A DNA stretch of 64,000 nucleotides from Octopus sinensis (taxonomy: Eukaryota), in assembly GCF_006345805.1 (NCBI RefSeq), contig NC_043002.1:41106001-41170000 (forward strand). Direction: 5' to 3'. Numbering within the stretch: position 1 is the stretch's first letter; each line of letters starts with the position of its first letter. The notes beneath the pieces were generated by a model, which did no database searches, was not told the DNA's origin, and worked only from the letters and a program-made list of their open reading frames with translations. Positions 37,470 through 51,462 of this stretch are shown here, piece by piece. A program made the translations under genes and the position numbers.

Positions 37470-37770
37470 CACACATGCATACCGAGAAATCCGTCTCACG
37501 TAAACATATATATCCGTTGATACCAACTAACATACATTGTGAAATGAGTTCTTTTTTTATTTTCCTCCTCACAAATAGAAGTCATGTTAAATTATTGTTT
37601 TTAAGAATATTTTCTATTTGTGTAATTTCACTGGATACGTGAGCTCTGACAATATTACAGCATTTGCAATTCATAAGAATTTCTCCATATTTCTGGAAGA
37701 TGAATTCGTTTATGACTTCGTATAATTTTCTCATTTCATTATTAATTGCTACTGTTTTTATCATGTGTTA
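37470..37770 (+). repeat. Unclassified approx. 300-bp dispersed repeat (second copy 40330-40630)
   Basis: Shared AACATACATTGTG.AATGAG, CATTTGCAATTCATAAG, TTTATGACTTC, TTTCATTATTAATTGCT.CT.TTTTTATCATGTGTT. Confidence 0.75.
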
Positions 37771-38329
37771 AAATGTATTACTTGAACATTAGCATGGCAA
37801 TCATTTTTGTCAACCAATTTGCTTTACGCAACCTTATGTTGAACTGTCGTTTTGTCGGGAATTCCGTCACCAATATTCATTTGAATATTCATCCACTCAT
37901 GTTTTTCGCTAGTGACAAGTTCCATTATGACCTGATTCCTCAACAATTACAACATGATTTCTATTGACAATTATGTACCATAATTAATGTAAATACATCG
38001 GGATAGGCAAAATTTACGACGGTATTCATCTGAAGATAGTAACTGCTAGGGACAAACTGCATTTAAAAACACAATAAGTGTATATCAGGAGACGGAAATC
38101 GTCCCAGTAGCGGTTAATGAGATCGCTAGATGTATTTCTGCCTCGTTACGCGTTAACAATACCGTATACTCACAGCCAGCTTTCTTAGACGGAAACTGTG
38201 AATAAACAATTACTAATGATTCGAGTAGCCGCTCAGCTGAATTACAATCCATTAATTTTACCTATCACGATGTATTTACATTATCTATGATACAATCTAA
38301 TACTTCTGTTACACGTAACAAATTTTTGT

Positions 38330-38860
38330 AATCATTTTGTTTTAAAAAAAACGACAGTGCCTGATAACTCTCCCTGGAGCGATTCACGATGCCAAACTAT
38401 CTCAAAGATTCGTCCATTTAGACGCGCAGGAACAACATCAGCTACCTGAAAGATACGATTACGTTGTCAACCTCGAGAGGCCATGTCATTTACTCAGAAA
38501 GATAAAAACTGCAGAACAACTGAATGTGTTCTCCGTTGGGAACATACATTACAATTCTTGCGCTGCTTCATCCAGTCTTTCATACACTACTTTCTGATCA
38601 ATAAGATCTCTCTGTGGCCGTGAAAAACTATAAAGGAAGTTCTATTTGCAGCTCGGTTCAGTACATCCGGTCATACTTCATACGCCACCCATCGTCTTTG
38701 CTTCGCATATAAAAACTATATACGACACATTTCCTGCAAATGCTTCTGTAATTCTTCACTTCAAAGATTTATTTGACACACCTTTCAATACACTTCTATA
38801 CGTAAGTCAGCTCCCAAGACTTTGAATTTGAAAAGGACCTTCTGTAGTGAACAGCTCACC
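38330..38860 (-). mobile_element. Possible very decayed Tc1/mariner remnant
   Basis: Minus-strand TGGCCTCTCGAGGTTGACAACG resembles the WPPRSPDLT coding region; alignment is poor. Confidence 0.3.
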
Positions 38861-38869
38861 TCCACAGTA

Positions 38870-39051
38870 TAGACGCTGCCGCTACGTTCTGAGTTCAAAT
38901 TCCGCCGAGGTCGACTTTGCCTTTCATCCTTTCGGGATCAATTAAAAAAAGTACCAGTTACGCACTGGTTCGATATAATCGACTTAATCCGTTTGTCTGT
39001 CCTTGTTTGTCCTCTCTATGTTTAGTCCTTTGTGGGTAGTAAAGAAATAGA
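38870..39051 (+). mobile_element. SINE family B (5' truncated)
   Basis: GTTCTGAGTTCAAATTCCGCCGAGGTCGAC...GTAGTAAAGAAATAG. Confidence 0.88.
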
Positions 39052-39378
39052 TTACGGACAGCGTTATAAGCAAGCCTCGACACAAGTATAACCAATTAGT
39101 GACAGTCGTTCGTTAAAAAGCAAATTTCGGCTTTTGAGGACTCACACGAAACATTTTTATTTTCGCATAAACGCAAAATCGGAATTTCTGGCAATCAAAA
39201 CCCCACAACGTACGGAGTAGAGGCTACCAGTTTCATCCAATGACAATTAATGATTTAGTGCATCCACGCTTTCCAAACACTATTTCCAGTATTTTATAGC
39301 CAGCACTGAATTTTGCTACAACGTTTCGTATCGAGACGTCACATGTAAACAAGCAATGAGATCGGAAACAAAGTGGGT

Positions 39379-39432
39379 AATGAGTGTATATGCCATATTT
39401 CGGGGCTTGTTGCTCCTTTATCAGCGCCCATC
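39379..39432 (-). ncRNA. Hammerhead motif with mutated core (CTGATAA)
   Basis: Minus strand GATGGGCG-CTGATAA-A-GGAG-CAACAAG-CCCC-GAAA-TATGGCATA-TA-CACTCATT; G8-to-A change predicts loss of activity. Confidence 0.7.
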
Positions 39433-39743
39433 TAGCCCACTCCTGTATCCGAACACATTGCTTATATAGCCACTGTATACAGCAGTGTTAAGTTATTGGA
39501 TATACCAATAAGCGCATTCCTGGAACTGGTATATAAACATTAAAGGTTTATAACGTGGTATTTTGTTATGCAAACACTATATACTATGAAGTATACTAAA
39601 TATTTCTATAAGTCAGTACTACCTTTAATGTTCACATACCAGTTCCAGGAATGCGTCTAATATGTAAATTGGTATATCCGATAACTTAACACTGCCGTAA
39701 GCGGTGGCTATATAAGCCGTGTGTTCGGAGACAGGAGTGGCTA

Positions 39744-39797
39744 GATGGGCGCTGATGAAGGGGCAACAAGTCCCGAAATATGGCATATACACTCATT
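39744..39797 (+). ncRNA. Type I hammerhead ribozyme
   Basis: GATGGGCG-CTGATGA-A-GGGG-CAACAAG-TCCC-GAAA-TATGGCATA-TA-CACTCATT: stems I, II and a short III, AUA site; TATATAAG about 30 nt upstream. Confidence 0.8.
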
Positions 39798-40178
39798 GCT
39801 CATTTTTGTCTCCGATCTCATTGCTTGTTTACATCTGAAGTCTCGATACGAAACGTTGTAGCAAAAATCTGTTGGCTATCGTTTCCACAGAATATCTGTA
39901 GAAATAACCTCAAACATAATGTAACAAGCACTGCTGACGCAGTGGGATGTGGTACTGACTTATAAAAATATTAATGTACTTCATAGTATATTGTGTTTGA
40001 ATAACGATGTACCACTTACCTACAAATCTTTACTCTTTCCAGTGTTATAAAAGACCTGGATTTTGACTGAAGATTATCGTAGGTGCAGCAGGATTCTATA
40101 TCTCTGCCTCAACACCAGTAATAGATTATTTTCTCACACACGTACACACACACACACACACACACCACACACCACACA

Positions 40179-40251
<73 letters not shown>

Positions 40252-41226
40252 ACACCTTGGCATTCGCCCTTGACGAAAAGAACGTGCTTTCATATACTAT
40301 AAAGAACCATGCCGCATAGATTCACACAACGTCACATACTCTTATGAGAAATATGTCTCATATAAACGCATACATAACTCTTGATACAAACAAACATACA
40401 TTGTGTAATGAGATTTCTCATAAACAGAAATAATGTTAAATTATAGTTTCAAAATATTTTCTGCATATTTGTCTAACTACTCCACAGACATTTGTTCGAA
40501 CTCGTGAATTCAAACCGTATTCTAACATTTGCAATTCATAAGTGCTTTACTTTTCCATGTTTCTGGAAGCTAAGCTTGTTTATGACTTCATATAATTATC
40601 TTATTTCATTATTAATTGCTGCTATTTTTATCATGTGTTGAAATGATGTATTTGTGAAAATTTGATTTACCTTCATTATATCCAACACAATTTACTTAAC
40701 GTAGTTATAATACTTGAGTCTGTTGTCTGGATTTGTCCTATTCGATTTATTGTTACAGAAAGACTAAATTTATAATTTTAATAATGCTCACCGGAATCAT
40801 TGTCTTTCTTCTTCATGTTATGGATAACCTACCTATCTCTTGTCAATTATTTCTCTTCGATGGCTGTATGTGAGGTGATGGAAAACTCATTATATATTTT
40901 ATATGTGTAGCAAATAAAGAAATGAGTGTTGAATTGGCAGTCATTAGCGTATATATTTGAGCTATTTTTGTTCAGAGTTCAAATCCCGCCGAGGTCAGCT
41001 TTGTTTTCATCCCTCCGAAGTCAATAACATGCAATACAAGTCAAGTAATTAAGTTGATATTATGGACTCCCTATGATGATGATGATGATGATGATGGTAA
41101 TAATAATTATTATTATTGGGCTTCATATATATTGTACCCCAGTGTCACTTTGATAGCATGTATTGCGCTCTCACTCAATAATAATAATCATATATACATA
41201 CATAATCTATATATATTTACGTATTT

Positions 41227-41260
<34 letters not shown>

Positions 41261-41589
41261 TGTATGTATGTATGTATGTATGTATGTATGTATGTATGTA
41301 TGTATGTATATGTGTGCGTGTGTGTGTGTAGACGTGGTGTATGTATTTCTTTTAGTGTCCAATTGTATATATTTTTCGTTTCAAATTAAGTAGAGAACAT
41401 CGTAGAGAAATTTCCTAAGCTGATCATGTTAATATTTTCTAATAACAACTGTTACAGAAAGCTATGTAGAAAAAGTGATAAAACTTCAACTAACGAAATC
41501 TGAGACAGGACCACGTAGTCGTCGTCGTCGCTGCTGCCGCTACCGCCGCCACCGCCGCCACCACTACCACCACCACCACCACCACCGTC

Positions 41590-42470
41590 CTTCTTATTTA
41601 CCTCAGGAGATAGAAGCAAGGCCCTTTACAAATCGTATGACCAGGTAGAAGAACTTCACGGTGGACGACATCCTACTGATCAAATGGTTATCAATATCAC
41701 CTTCACACTTCAACAACAATGGCGTAAAGTTTTGGTCGCGGCTTGATAATCCATCCGACTTTGAAAGCTGCCCTTTTGTTTCGACATTGTAGCCGTATAC
41801 CCATGTTTGTCCATCTATGATCATACAATTTTCAGATGGGTCTTCCTCAACATTAGAACGATTGAACATCTCCTGCCTGATTATGACTCGGTTCTCTTTC
41901 TGTTTGTCAGCAGATTTTTGCGGCAACATGATGCATCTTTAATTATTCTCTTTTTTTAAAAAAAAAACGTGTGGCTCGAACTTTTACAGATGCCTTCTTT
42001 GGAAACTTCATAGACAATCAGGCGACGCGTTTCACTTTGGCAATGTGTCTATATTCCGTTGTCGTGAGAGGTCATCCATATTTGGAATTGTCTTCAGTGG
42101 ATGTTTTTCTTTTTCCAATTTGAAGCGTCTGTATCACTCAAGACACTAAGTACGGCTCAAATAATCCTCTCCCTAGTCCTGTTGCAATATTCGGAAAAGA
42201 TCACCTTGAAAGCTTTTCTCACTTCCAAACAGAATTTCACACAATATACGTTGATGTTTTTTTTAATCCTTCAATTCGCTAGAAATCACAAAATGTTCTA
42301 ATCTATATTCATACCAGCGAGTGTAGATGGATGACTAACTGACGTAGCGTGATGATGACTATGATTGAAATGAAAATCAAGGTTACTCATACACAGCATT
42401 GCAGTCGCAAGTATGCTGCACTTGTTGATTGGAGCGCTGTTTTAAAAGTCTGGTTTCTTTTTGGACAGAC
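41590..42470 (-). mobile_element. Decayed mariner transposon 5' part
   Basis: DKQKENRVIIRQEM...IIDGQTWVYGYNVETKGQ matches the mariner ITGDETWVYGYD.ETK motif; TIR-like TTTTTGGACAGACCC near 42460. Confidence 0.75.
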
Positions 42471-43330
42471 CCAATACTATAACCTCAAAAATACGGTATA
42501 GTCACAGTTGGATTGCCTTTAAATATAGATCTACCCGATCATGCTCGACCTGAAGCTAAACAACACAACATCAGTCACAACAACAATATCTCTCGTATCT
42601 CAAGATTAAAGACAATATTGCTTGAAAAGCGCTTCATTAATTATCTGCACTTACTGGAAGACTGAAATGCATATCTGCAAATATGAAAGAGTACAAGATT
42701 GATTTGGAATTCCACAATCAGTACATTATTCATGGCCCAAATTTGCTTTCTGGCAGCGATAACATGACTATGCTTACATTTTATCTCTTAACAATTCCAC
42801 AGAGTCTGTTGAATCGTCTTTGACAATTATATTATACAAACGCTTAAAAAGACAATATCACCACAACGAGGTGAACAGTTCCTTATATACAGCTGTATGA
42901 AATATCAGGAAAACTATATAATTCCTACCAAAAATTTATCAAATTTACGACCATTCACAAAGTGTTATCTTCTGCTTTCAGGGTATTAGAAAAAAAATGA
43001 ACGGAAGAAGATGTTGAAAACTACGCTTTCGTTATGCTTTAATGTTATTAAGACTTAGTTTCAAAAAATGATAGTTTCTTATCCATTTGTCATCGAAGAT
43101 AAGCTTTCACTCTTTTACTTGTTTTAGTTTATTTGACAGCAGCCATGCTAAAGCATCAGCTTTCAAGATTTTAATCGATCATATTGACTCAGGATTTATT
43201 TCAGCGCGTGGTACCTATTTTATTGATTGTAATTAATCGAAACTATAAGTTACGTAACATAAAGTGACGCAACTTAGACAACAGCACTGTTAAGTTTTAG
43301 ACCCGCGTAAACACAATCATAGACATTGAT

Positions 43331-43367
<37 letters not shown>

Positions 43368-43599
43368 ACACACACTAGTTTATATATGAATCCCTATTTG
43401 CACACAACATTCTTACTTCAGTAACTAAATTTGCATACAAATTACAGGTGGTGTATATATCTCAATAATGCATGTATCCTTAGGTCCTCAACACCTGAAG
43501 AATTCGTAACGGTATCGTCATGATATAGGTTATGTACTGGACATAATTTTTACCTGGTTGAGTCTTTCCCCTTCATGCTCTGATGAAATCTGATTTCCT

Positions 43600-43600
43600 A

Positions 43601-43644
<44 letters not shown>

Positions 43645-43673
43645 AAAAGAGAAAGAAACAAAGGATGGAAGAC

Positions 43674-43724
<51 letters not shown>

Positions 43725-43744
43725 AAAAGAGAAGGAAACAAAGG

Positions 43745-43803
<59 letters not shown>

Positions 43804-43804
43804 G

Positions 43805-43839
<35 letters not shown>

Positions 43840-43930
43840 GATGGAAGGAAGAAAGAAAGAAACACACAAACAAACAAACAAACAAACAAACATGCCAGCA
43901 AAAGAAGGAAGTAAGAAAGAAAAAAGAAGA
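43600..43930. repeat. (GAAA)n microsatellite with higher-order AAAGGATGGAAGA units
   Basis: Direct read. Confidence 0.95.
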
Positions 43931-44385
43931 AAAATCGACCTTGATATCTGAGTATAGGACCGGTACATTATCGTCTCCAAATGGTTGAGAGGTAAAATTG
44001 ACGTCAGCGAAATTTTGACGCAGAGCCTAGGAAAGCGGATCGAATATCGCAAGATAATCTAATGACACGGCCAATTCGCTGCCTTGCAGCATTTTTATAT
44101 ATCAGTGGATGAAATTCCCATCAAAATATATACAAAGTTAAACTATGTAATTTCTCTTAAAAGTTTAATGCAAATATTTTTTACTCATGACTTACATATT
44201 TATTCTTAATACATTCCGGCAGATACGAACATGAAAGTTCCTATTTCTTATGTGTTTCGTCACAGGAGAACAATTTTCTTTACGACGAATATATGTTTAT
44301 AGCTGAAGGTACTTTGCAAAATCCGGTGTTTCGACATTGCTAAAATATCTTGCGCTGATGAATCGAATGTTTTATGAACAAGCGC

Positions 44386-44543
44386 AGGATTGGCTGTGTG
44401 GTAAGTAGCTTGCTTACCAACCACATGATTCCGGGTTCAGTCCCACTGCGTGGTACCATGGGCAAGTGCCTCCTACTATAGCCTTGGGCCAACCAAAGCC
44501 TTGTGAGTGGATTTGGTAGACGGAAACTGAAAGACGCCTGTCG

Positions 44544-44574
<31 letters not shown>

Positions 44575-44794
44575 ATGTGTGTGTTTGTGTGTCTGTGTTT
44601 GTCCCCCACCCCCCTCCAACATCGCTGGACAACCGATGGTGGTGCGTTTACGTTTCCGTAACTTAGCAGTTCGGCAAAAGAGACCGATAGAATAAGTACC
44701 TGGTTTACAGAGAATAAGTCCTGGGGTCGATTTGTTCGACTATAGGTGGTGCTCCACATGGCCGCAGTCAAATGACTGAAACAAGTAAAAGAGT
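44386..44794 (+). mobile_element. SINE family A, full length
   Basis: Colinear with 8870-9275. Confidence 0.9.
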
Positions 44795-45667
44795 ATACAT
44801 TCATCGTAAAGAAGTTATTCTCTTATGACGAAACACAGCAACGATTAGCATAATCACGTTCGAGTCGGCCGGAACGTATTAAGAATAAATATGCTAGTCA
44901 TCGTTTTGATTCTCATTGTTCAACTTGCATATGACAAATGTATAACCATTTGTAGCTCTTAACAAATTAAGCCCATGTTAATAACTTGTAATTCCTATAT
45001 TCAATAATTCTGTTTTATTTGTATAATCGCAAACAACCACATATTTTATTAAAATTCAACTGTATACAATAACAAAATATTAATACACTACAATTACCCA
45101 CACACGTACACATCATCTCCACCATATTTTAATTATATAAAATACATTTTTCCGTTGCAAGCAAGTATTTGAAAGCGTTGTCAAGTTAAATGCTTAACAA
45201 TATAAGATAATTGTGGTAGTCTTCTCCCCTCCGGAATGGTGTTATAATAATGCATGATAACAACAGTTGACTGGTTTCCTGTCACCTTAATATAGGATTC
45301 AAAAAATTTTTTTACTTACAGTAAATTATGAGATCCGGAAATTGTTATATTTTCATTATTGACGAGTAAATGAATGATTACGTGTGCTCTGAACAGTATG
45401 ACGTCAAATAACAAAATGCTTTATTGCTGGTTGAAAATGAAGCATATATTTTGCATTGGAAGTTTTGTATGGTCCGTCGATAAATCACATGCTGGTTTTC
45501 ATGTCATATATTGTTTTTTTACGTAGGAATAAGCGTGTTGCGCACAAATGTGTGTGCTTGTGTGTACGCACCCACACACACATGCATACAGAAATACATG
45601 TATATGTATATGTATACATATATATATGTATATGAGCAGGAAAAGTATATATACATACATGTATATA

Positions 45668-46050
45668 TCTGTTATATAAAATCCGTTCTGTCTGTCTGTG
45701 TGTCTTCTATGGTCTCGGGCATCCTCCATCCGATTGCGCTCAAATTTGATATGTAGATACCGACGGTATCAGGGCGTGTATAAGTCTTGAAAATATTACA
45801 AAATTCGATTCCAGGTGAGAATGCGATCGATAAAGCCGTGGGAACGTGCATTTGTACTCTCAAGTACATCAGCTGTTGCGATCGATACTACGCGTACGCG
45901 AGAAAAATGCACGTGCAGTTTGCGCCAAAAAAGCTGGCTGGCTTGAAATAATGCCACAAAATGGGACAGTCGGACAAGTTTTTTTGAGAAAATTTGCTTT
46001 AAATGTTTAACAACTCGGCATCGTCCATGGGACGGGGGTCTTTTTGCTCG
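45668..46050 (+). mobile_element. Non-autonomous Helitron
   Basis: 5' TC start (TCTGTTATATAAAA) after A; subterminal hairpin CGTCC-ATG-GGACG; 3' CTCG (CTAG variant) followed by T. Confidence 0.65.
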
Positions 46051-46108
46051 TATATACATACATACACACACACATATATATATATATAAATATATAGGTA
46101 TTTATATG

Positions 46109-46311
<203 letters not shown>

Positions 46312-46336
46312 ATATAAATATATAGGTATTTATATG

Positions 46337-46377
<41 letters not shown>

Positions 46378-46379
46378 TA

Positions 46380-46470
<91 letters not shown>

Positions 46471-46473
<3 letters not shown>

Positions 46474-46813
46474 GGCGCATGGCTCAGTGGTTAGAGCGTC
46501 GAGCTTACGATCGTGAGGTTGTGAGCTCGAATCCCGGACCGGGCTGCGTGTTGTGTTCTTGAGCAAGACACTTTATTTCACGTTGCTCCAGTTCACTCAG
46601 CTGTAGAAATGAGTTGCGACGTCACAGGTGCCAAGCTGTATCGACCTTTGTCTTTCCCTTGGATAACACTGGTGGCGTGGAGAGGGGAGGCCGGTATGCA
46701 TGGGCGACTACTGGTCTTCCATAAAAAAAACCTTGCCCAGACTTGTGCCTCAGAGGGTAACTCTCTAGGTGCAAACCCATGGTCACTCATGACCGAAGGG
46801 GGTCTTTACCCTT
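46471..46813 (+). mobile_element. tRNA-derived SINE, family D
   Basis: TGGCTCAGTGG / GCTCGAATCCC boxes followed by a non-tRNA body. Confidence 0.85.
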
Positions 46814-46868
46814 TATATATATATATATATATACATATATATATACATAGATGTGTGTGTGTGTTTAT

Positions 46869-47391
46869 CCACGAGAGATATTCCAGAAGACTTTTTTATA
46901 GGAGAGGTAGTTATAGCTGTTGTAATTTTAATATAACATTACCATACATCAAATTAGCTGACCTGCCAACTTTTATTCCGGATTGAAGCTGATGGCTTTA
47001 ACAGCACTTTGAACATGTCCTACCAAACACTGCTTCTCACAGCTCCATCCTGGTGAGCAACTACCTGACAGATTTGGGCATCAAAACTGTCCCTCACCCT
47101 CCCTACAGGCGAGACCTTGGTTCCTGTGACTTTTGGTTGATCCCCCAAGCTGAAGGAGTACCTCGGGAGCAGTCGTTTTGAAGACATTGAGAAGGTGGAG
47201 ATTGTGACAATGTTTCTGGACACATTCACTCTGGAGAACTTCCTCGGTGCCTTCATGAAGTGACTGGAGCGCTGCAACATGTACACTGAAATCAAAGGAT
47301 AGTACTTCGAAGGAGGTTAGAGTTTCGTGCTTCATTGAAATTAATGAATGTCTCTACTGAAAATGTCTCAAAATTTCTGGAATGCACCTCA
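46869..47391 (+). mobile_element. Internally deleted mariner
   Basis: TVPHPPYRRDLGSCDFWL, RFEDIE, YFEGG; TIR-like CGAGAGATATTCCAGAA / TTCTGGAATGCACCTCATA. Confidence 0.8.
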
Positions 47392-47451
47392 TAATATATA
47401 TATATATGTGTGTATGTGTGGTGTGTGTGTGTGTGGTGTGTGTGTGTGTGT

Positions 47452-47490
<39 letters not shown>

Positions 47491-48044
47491 ATATACTGAC
47501 ACGTGTACATGCGCGTCATGATCTTGAGCAGAACTCTTCATTGCACGTTGCTTCAATTCGCTCAGCTGTAAATGCATATCATGGCGACGACCTGGCGTTC
47601 TTTTCCGGTAGAATGTTGACTTACCCGCCCAACCATCAAGGTGGCATCATTCGAAAGCTACAACAATACGAGGAAGCTCATTGGGACCAGCAGTGTATAA
47701 CAAAGATGTAAAAGAAAATTGAATAATATCTGTCACTTGTGTTTTAAACCCTGTCAGTCAGCAGCTTAAAGGTCATCTGAGGGCTCGTCAACGGAGAGAC
47801 TGCGCTTATGTGACGGGGTGTGGTGTGTGTGGTGATAGGACGGCTATCATCTGTCAAGATGAAGCAATCATATATACATACATACATACATACATACATA
47901 CATACACACACACATAAATGTCGAACGACGAAATTGAATGCTCAACACCGTATTGGTGGATAGAATTTCTTTATTTGTGTATTAAGGCTATCATTAGTTT
48001 CGTGTTAAGATATTTTTCTTAACATGAAACCAATGGTAGTCTTA

Positions 48045-48074
<30 letters not shown>

Positions 48075-48076
<2 letters not shown>

Positions 48077-49170
48077 AAGCACTCGAAACACAAAATTGTT
48101 AAAAATAAGAGACAACTAAAATCTCTAAAAAGGTTACTTACTAGCTCCAAATTGCCCACCAAAAATAGAACCCCACTTGTCAAAAACTGCAACCGTGCTA
48201 ATGCACTAATTGCGGGTCTGCATCAACCTTATGGAAGCTTCAACATTTGAATTCAAGTCAGGGCAAACACACACCATAAAAATCATACCACCTGAGCGTC
48301 GAGGAACTTGATTTATGTTCTCAAATGCGACGGGTGCAATAGGGACTACATGGGTCGAATGTAGAGAGAATGTACTGGAAGAGAGAATGACAGTACACCA
48401 GTAGCAAATTCGGGATCCCACAACTAGAAAAATTCCCGTAAGTAAACATCTAAATCAGTGCCTCGCGAACAAATATCCAAAATACCAGATTTCCCCTCTC
48501 TTTCCAGCGTATTGATATACGCGGGAAACACTTCAGCCCAATTCCGATTAGATAAAGAAAATATGCTTAAGAAATTTAAACCACAACTCACTAAAATGAG
48601 AACCTCCAATTTATTCATGAAAACCGACCAGAAACAATAGGAACAAATCCAAAGTTTATGTAACTTAGAAACCCTAACTCCAAACTGCTATACAATAGCA
48701 CCTTAGATCTTCTCAAACACCAGTTGCTGAAGTCACTCTAAACTTAACCAGTAGAATTTTTTTGGTCAAAACCGGACTCTTAGGAAAAACAAATAAGCAT
48801 TGAACTGAGCGAGACCAGTGGCTTCTTAAGAGAATCAACCTACCAGAAAGCTGGACGATCGTCAGATAAAAAACAAGTTATCAAATGGTTTTTCAAAAAC
48901 AAACGACGTAAGCAGAAAATCAGTCAACCAGAGCACTGGATCTCTACTAGGGAGAAGGATCAAAACGGTCGACAAACAATCAACATCAAGGAGAAGTCGA
49001 CCAACCAGAACGCTGGACTTCTGCCAAACATAAGTATTTAACCAACGCATACGTAAAACAGCCAGTCAGAATACTAGACTATAGATGAACAAAAGCAAGT
49101 GGCGTCATTAAATTTACAAACAATCAGAACTTGAACCTTTTTCTTACTCTTTTTATATAAAAAAAAAACT
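48075..49170 (+). mobile_element. Penelope-like linker + GIY-YIG + 3' UTR
   Basis: KHKIVKNKRQLKSLKRLLTSSKL and SRNLIYVLKCDGCNRDYMG; homologous to 20900-21290. Confidence 0.85.
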
Positions 49171-49178
49171 TCAGCGTA

Positions 49179-49557
49179 TCTAATCTCTCTCTATATAAAC
49201 GGCAGTTTGTCTGTGCGTGTTTCTGTGTGTCTGTTTGCTTGTACCCTCACCCTGACCACGGCTTTCAACCGATTCTGATGAAACTTGACACACACATAGC
49301 CCAATGTCATAATTCAAAACTAACGCAGCGAAAATTTTGAAAAGTTCCCCCAGTTCTGAAAAAAATCGATAAATTCGACATGGGGTCGAGAATCAGGAAC
49401 ACAAACCACAAACTGTGTAGGGGACGCAACTCCACCTTTTTTAACTATCAAAAAAAATTTACCATCATTTTTTTGCTGTTTTTTGGCTATAACTCTCTAA
49501 AAATGCTTTATAGTTATTTCCCTTACAAACCTGAGCAACGCCGGGCGATACTGCTAG
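49179..49557 (+). mobile_element. Non-autonomous Helitron
   Basis: A|TC 5' end; 3' GCAACGCCGGGCGATACTGCTAG|T with GC-rich subterminal palindrome and CTAG. Confidence 0.8.
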
Positions 49558-50059
49558 TTGTTAATATAACTCAATATTACTGAACTTTTAATCGTGTATG
49601 ACTGTTATGAAATTCACCAAATATTTGAGCTTGTATTACTGTCTATCTCAGTGATCTTTTAAACATGTTTTTTTTCGAGCTTTCCCTTGTAACTTTAACC
49701 TCTCCTAAAATCTCTGTTTATATATATATATATTTAACATTGATAAACGAAAAATTGCCGAAACCGTTTTAGTACTTTAATAAATCTGTTACAATTGTGC
49801 GTCAATTTGTGCGTCAGTTTGTGCGTCTGCGAGTATTTGTGTTTTGTTTACATTAGCAGGAAACAAAATGTACAAATAACGATAAGAATGAAATAAATAT
49901 CGAGTTGGTACGAAGGCCGCACCTAATCAAGAGAAATCTTTGGATACGGCAAAATTTTTGTGTGGCCTCAAATTTTCAGGCTGGTTTCGGATGGCTGATT
50001 CGATTCCATGAATATTATGGGATCTTAACCTAAGCTTTCTATGGTGAAGTAACTGACGT

Positions 50060-51150
50060 TCCAGAACAAAAAAAAAAAAAACGATTGAGTGGCAAGAAGG
50101 GGAAATAAAGAAACTTTTTCCTACAACAAAGAAAATATATTTATTGCAGATGAGTCAATTTTCTTTTTAGTTGTTACCTCAAGCGACCAGAGATATCCTA
50201 ACAACAAAACTTGTTTGTACCGCGACAAGAACTGAAAAATTATGTCCCTTTGTTATTCAAAATTTCCTGGAAACTTCGAAAATGTAAAGTATCTTTTGGT
50301 TAAATATGTCAACAAAAATAGCTTGGATGTCAAGAGAGTTGTTTGTCACTTTGACAAGAAAGTGTAAAAGATAAAATAGAAAAGTATTTTCTGCACAGCA
50401 AACTGCTTCATTTAGATAATGTCCGGGTCGAGTATCTTCTATCAAATTGCACTGCAGTTTTACAAGCATTGGATCTAGGAATAATTCTTGCCTCGAAAAC
50501 CCATTACAAAAATACGAAAAAAACAAAACAATAAAAAGCAATAAATGAATAATAAGCTGTTGAAAATGTTGCTTTTTAATATGAACAGTGATGAGGAATT
50601 TTCAATACGTGATGATAAACATGATAGCAACAGCGTGGTGAGCAGTGAAAAACGAATAAATCTTAAAATGTTAGGGAGAAGAAAAAAAACTGGTGTTATT
50701 TATTTATTGATTTATTTGTTCATTTATTTACTTTCTTTCAGAAGCAGCTCTGAGTGATGAAGAAATAGGTTTGGAAGAAAACGAAAGTGATTGAAAAAGT
50801 CAACGGTTGCGGATCTTGGTTTCGGCTATAAAAGATTTTCTACACGATCTAAGCCCGGAGACATTTATAACTGTAGATGATTACTTGTTAGTATCACATG
50901 AGCTAAATGACAAGGAGATAGCTGAAAGTGTTAAAAGAAAATTAGAAGACAGCGAAGAAGAAAACGAAGTTGGAACAGGCACTTCGATTTAGCAAAAGAA
51001 AACTTTGTCCGATGCATTTTCCAGTATTAAAAAAGGACGGCAAATCCTTTTTCCTGTTATGAGGTATTAGATACCGTGTTTCAATATGTGACTGGAATTG
51101 AAGACTTTCTGTTAAGGCAAAATGCCAAAATCGGATCAATAAAAAAAAAG
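50060..51150 (+). mobile_element. Decayed pogo/Tigger transposase
   Basis: YNKENIFIADES, IAWMSRELF, VEYLLSNCTAVLQALDLGII, TAW.AVKNE.I.KC, and acidic C-terminus FITVDDYL...ELNDKEIAESV. Confidence 0.8.
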
Positions 51151-51429
51151 GTTTTTTTTCTTTTGTTTCGTTTTGTTTTATCTTTCGAATTGGACTGTTG
51201 ATATGTACTATTAACTGATTATTCTTATATACCGCTACATGAATAAAAGTGTCTTAAAGATTTTTGGCTTCTTCGTTATGAGGCTGCATTTGACATCCTT
51301 ACTATGCCAGATTTCAAAATGAAACAAAATAGATTAGAAAAATACGTATCTGAATATTAATACTATACATACATACATACATACATACATACATACATAC
51401 ATACATACATACATACATACATACATACA

Positions 51430-51462
<33 letters not shown>

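Larger units (their letters stand above)
39261..40015. mobile_element. Hammerhead-bearing pLTR-like unit with an inverted copy (39547-39949) nested inside it
   Basis: Arms 39296-39546 / 39622-39879 are inverted; loop 39552-39621 is itself inverted at 39950-40015. Confidence 0.85.

Noticed and set aside
46471-46545. tRNA gene (also 11090-11160 and 34266-34335)
   Set aside because: A/B boxes are present but there is no closing acceptor stem, and each continues into a shared multi-copy SINE body.
49738-49775. Decayed hammerhead TTGATAA...GCCGAAACCGT downstream of the 48075 PLE
   Set aside because: Position is plausible, but the core has several changes and stems I and II do not pair.
50670-50741. 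Intron-like GT...TTTCAG segment in the pogo remnant
   Set aside because: Splicing it gives an immediate stop; an AT-rich insertion explains it equally well.
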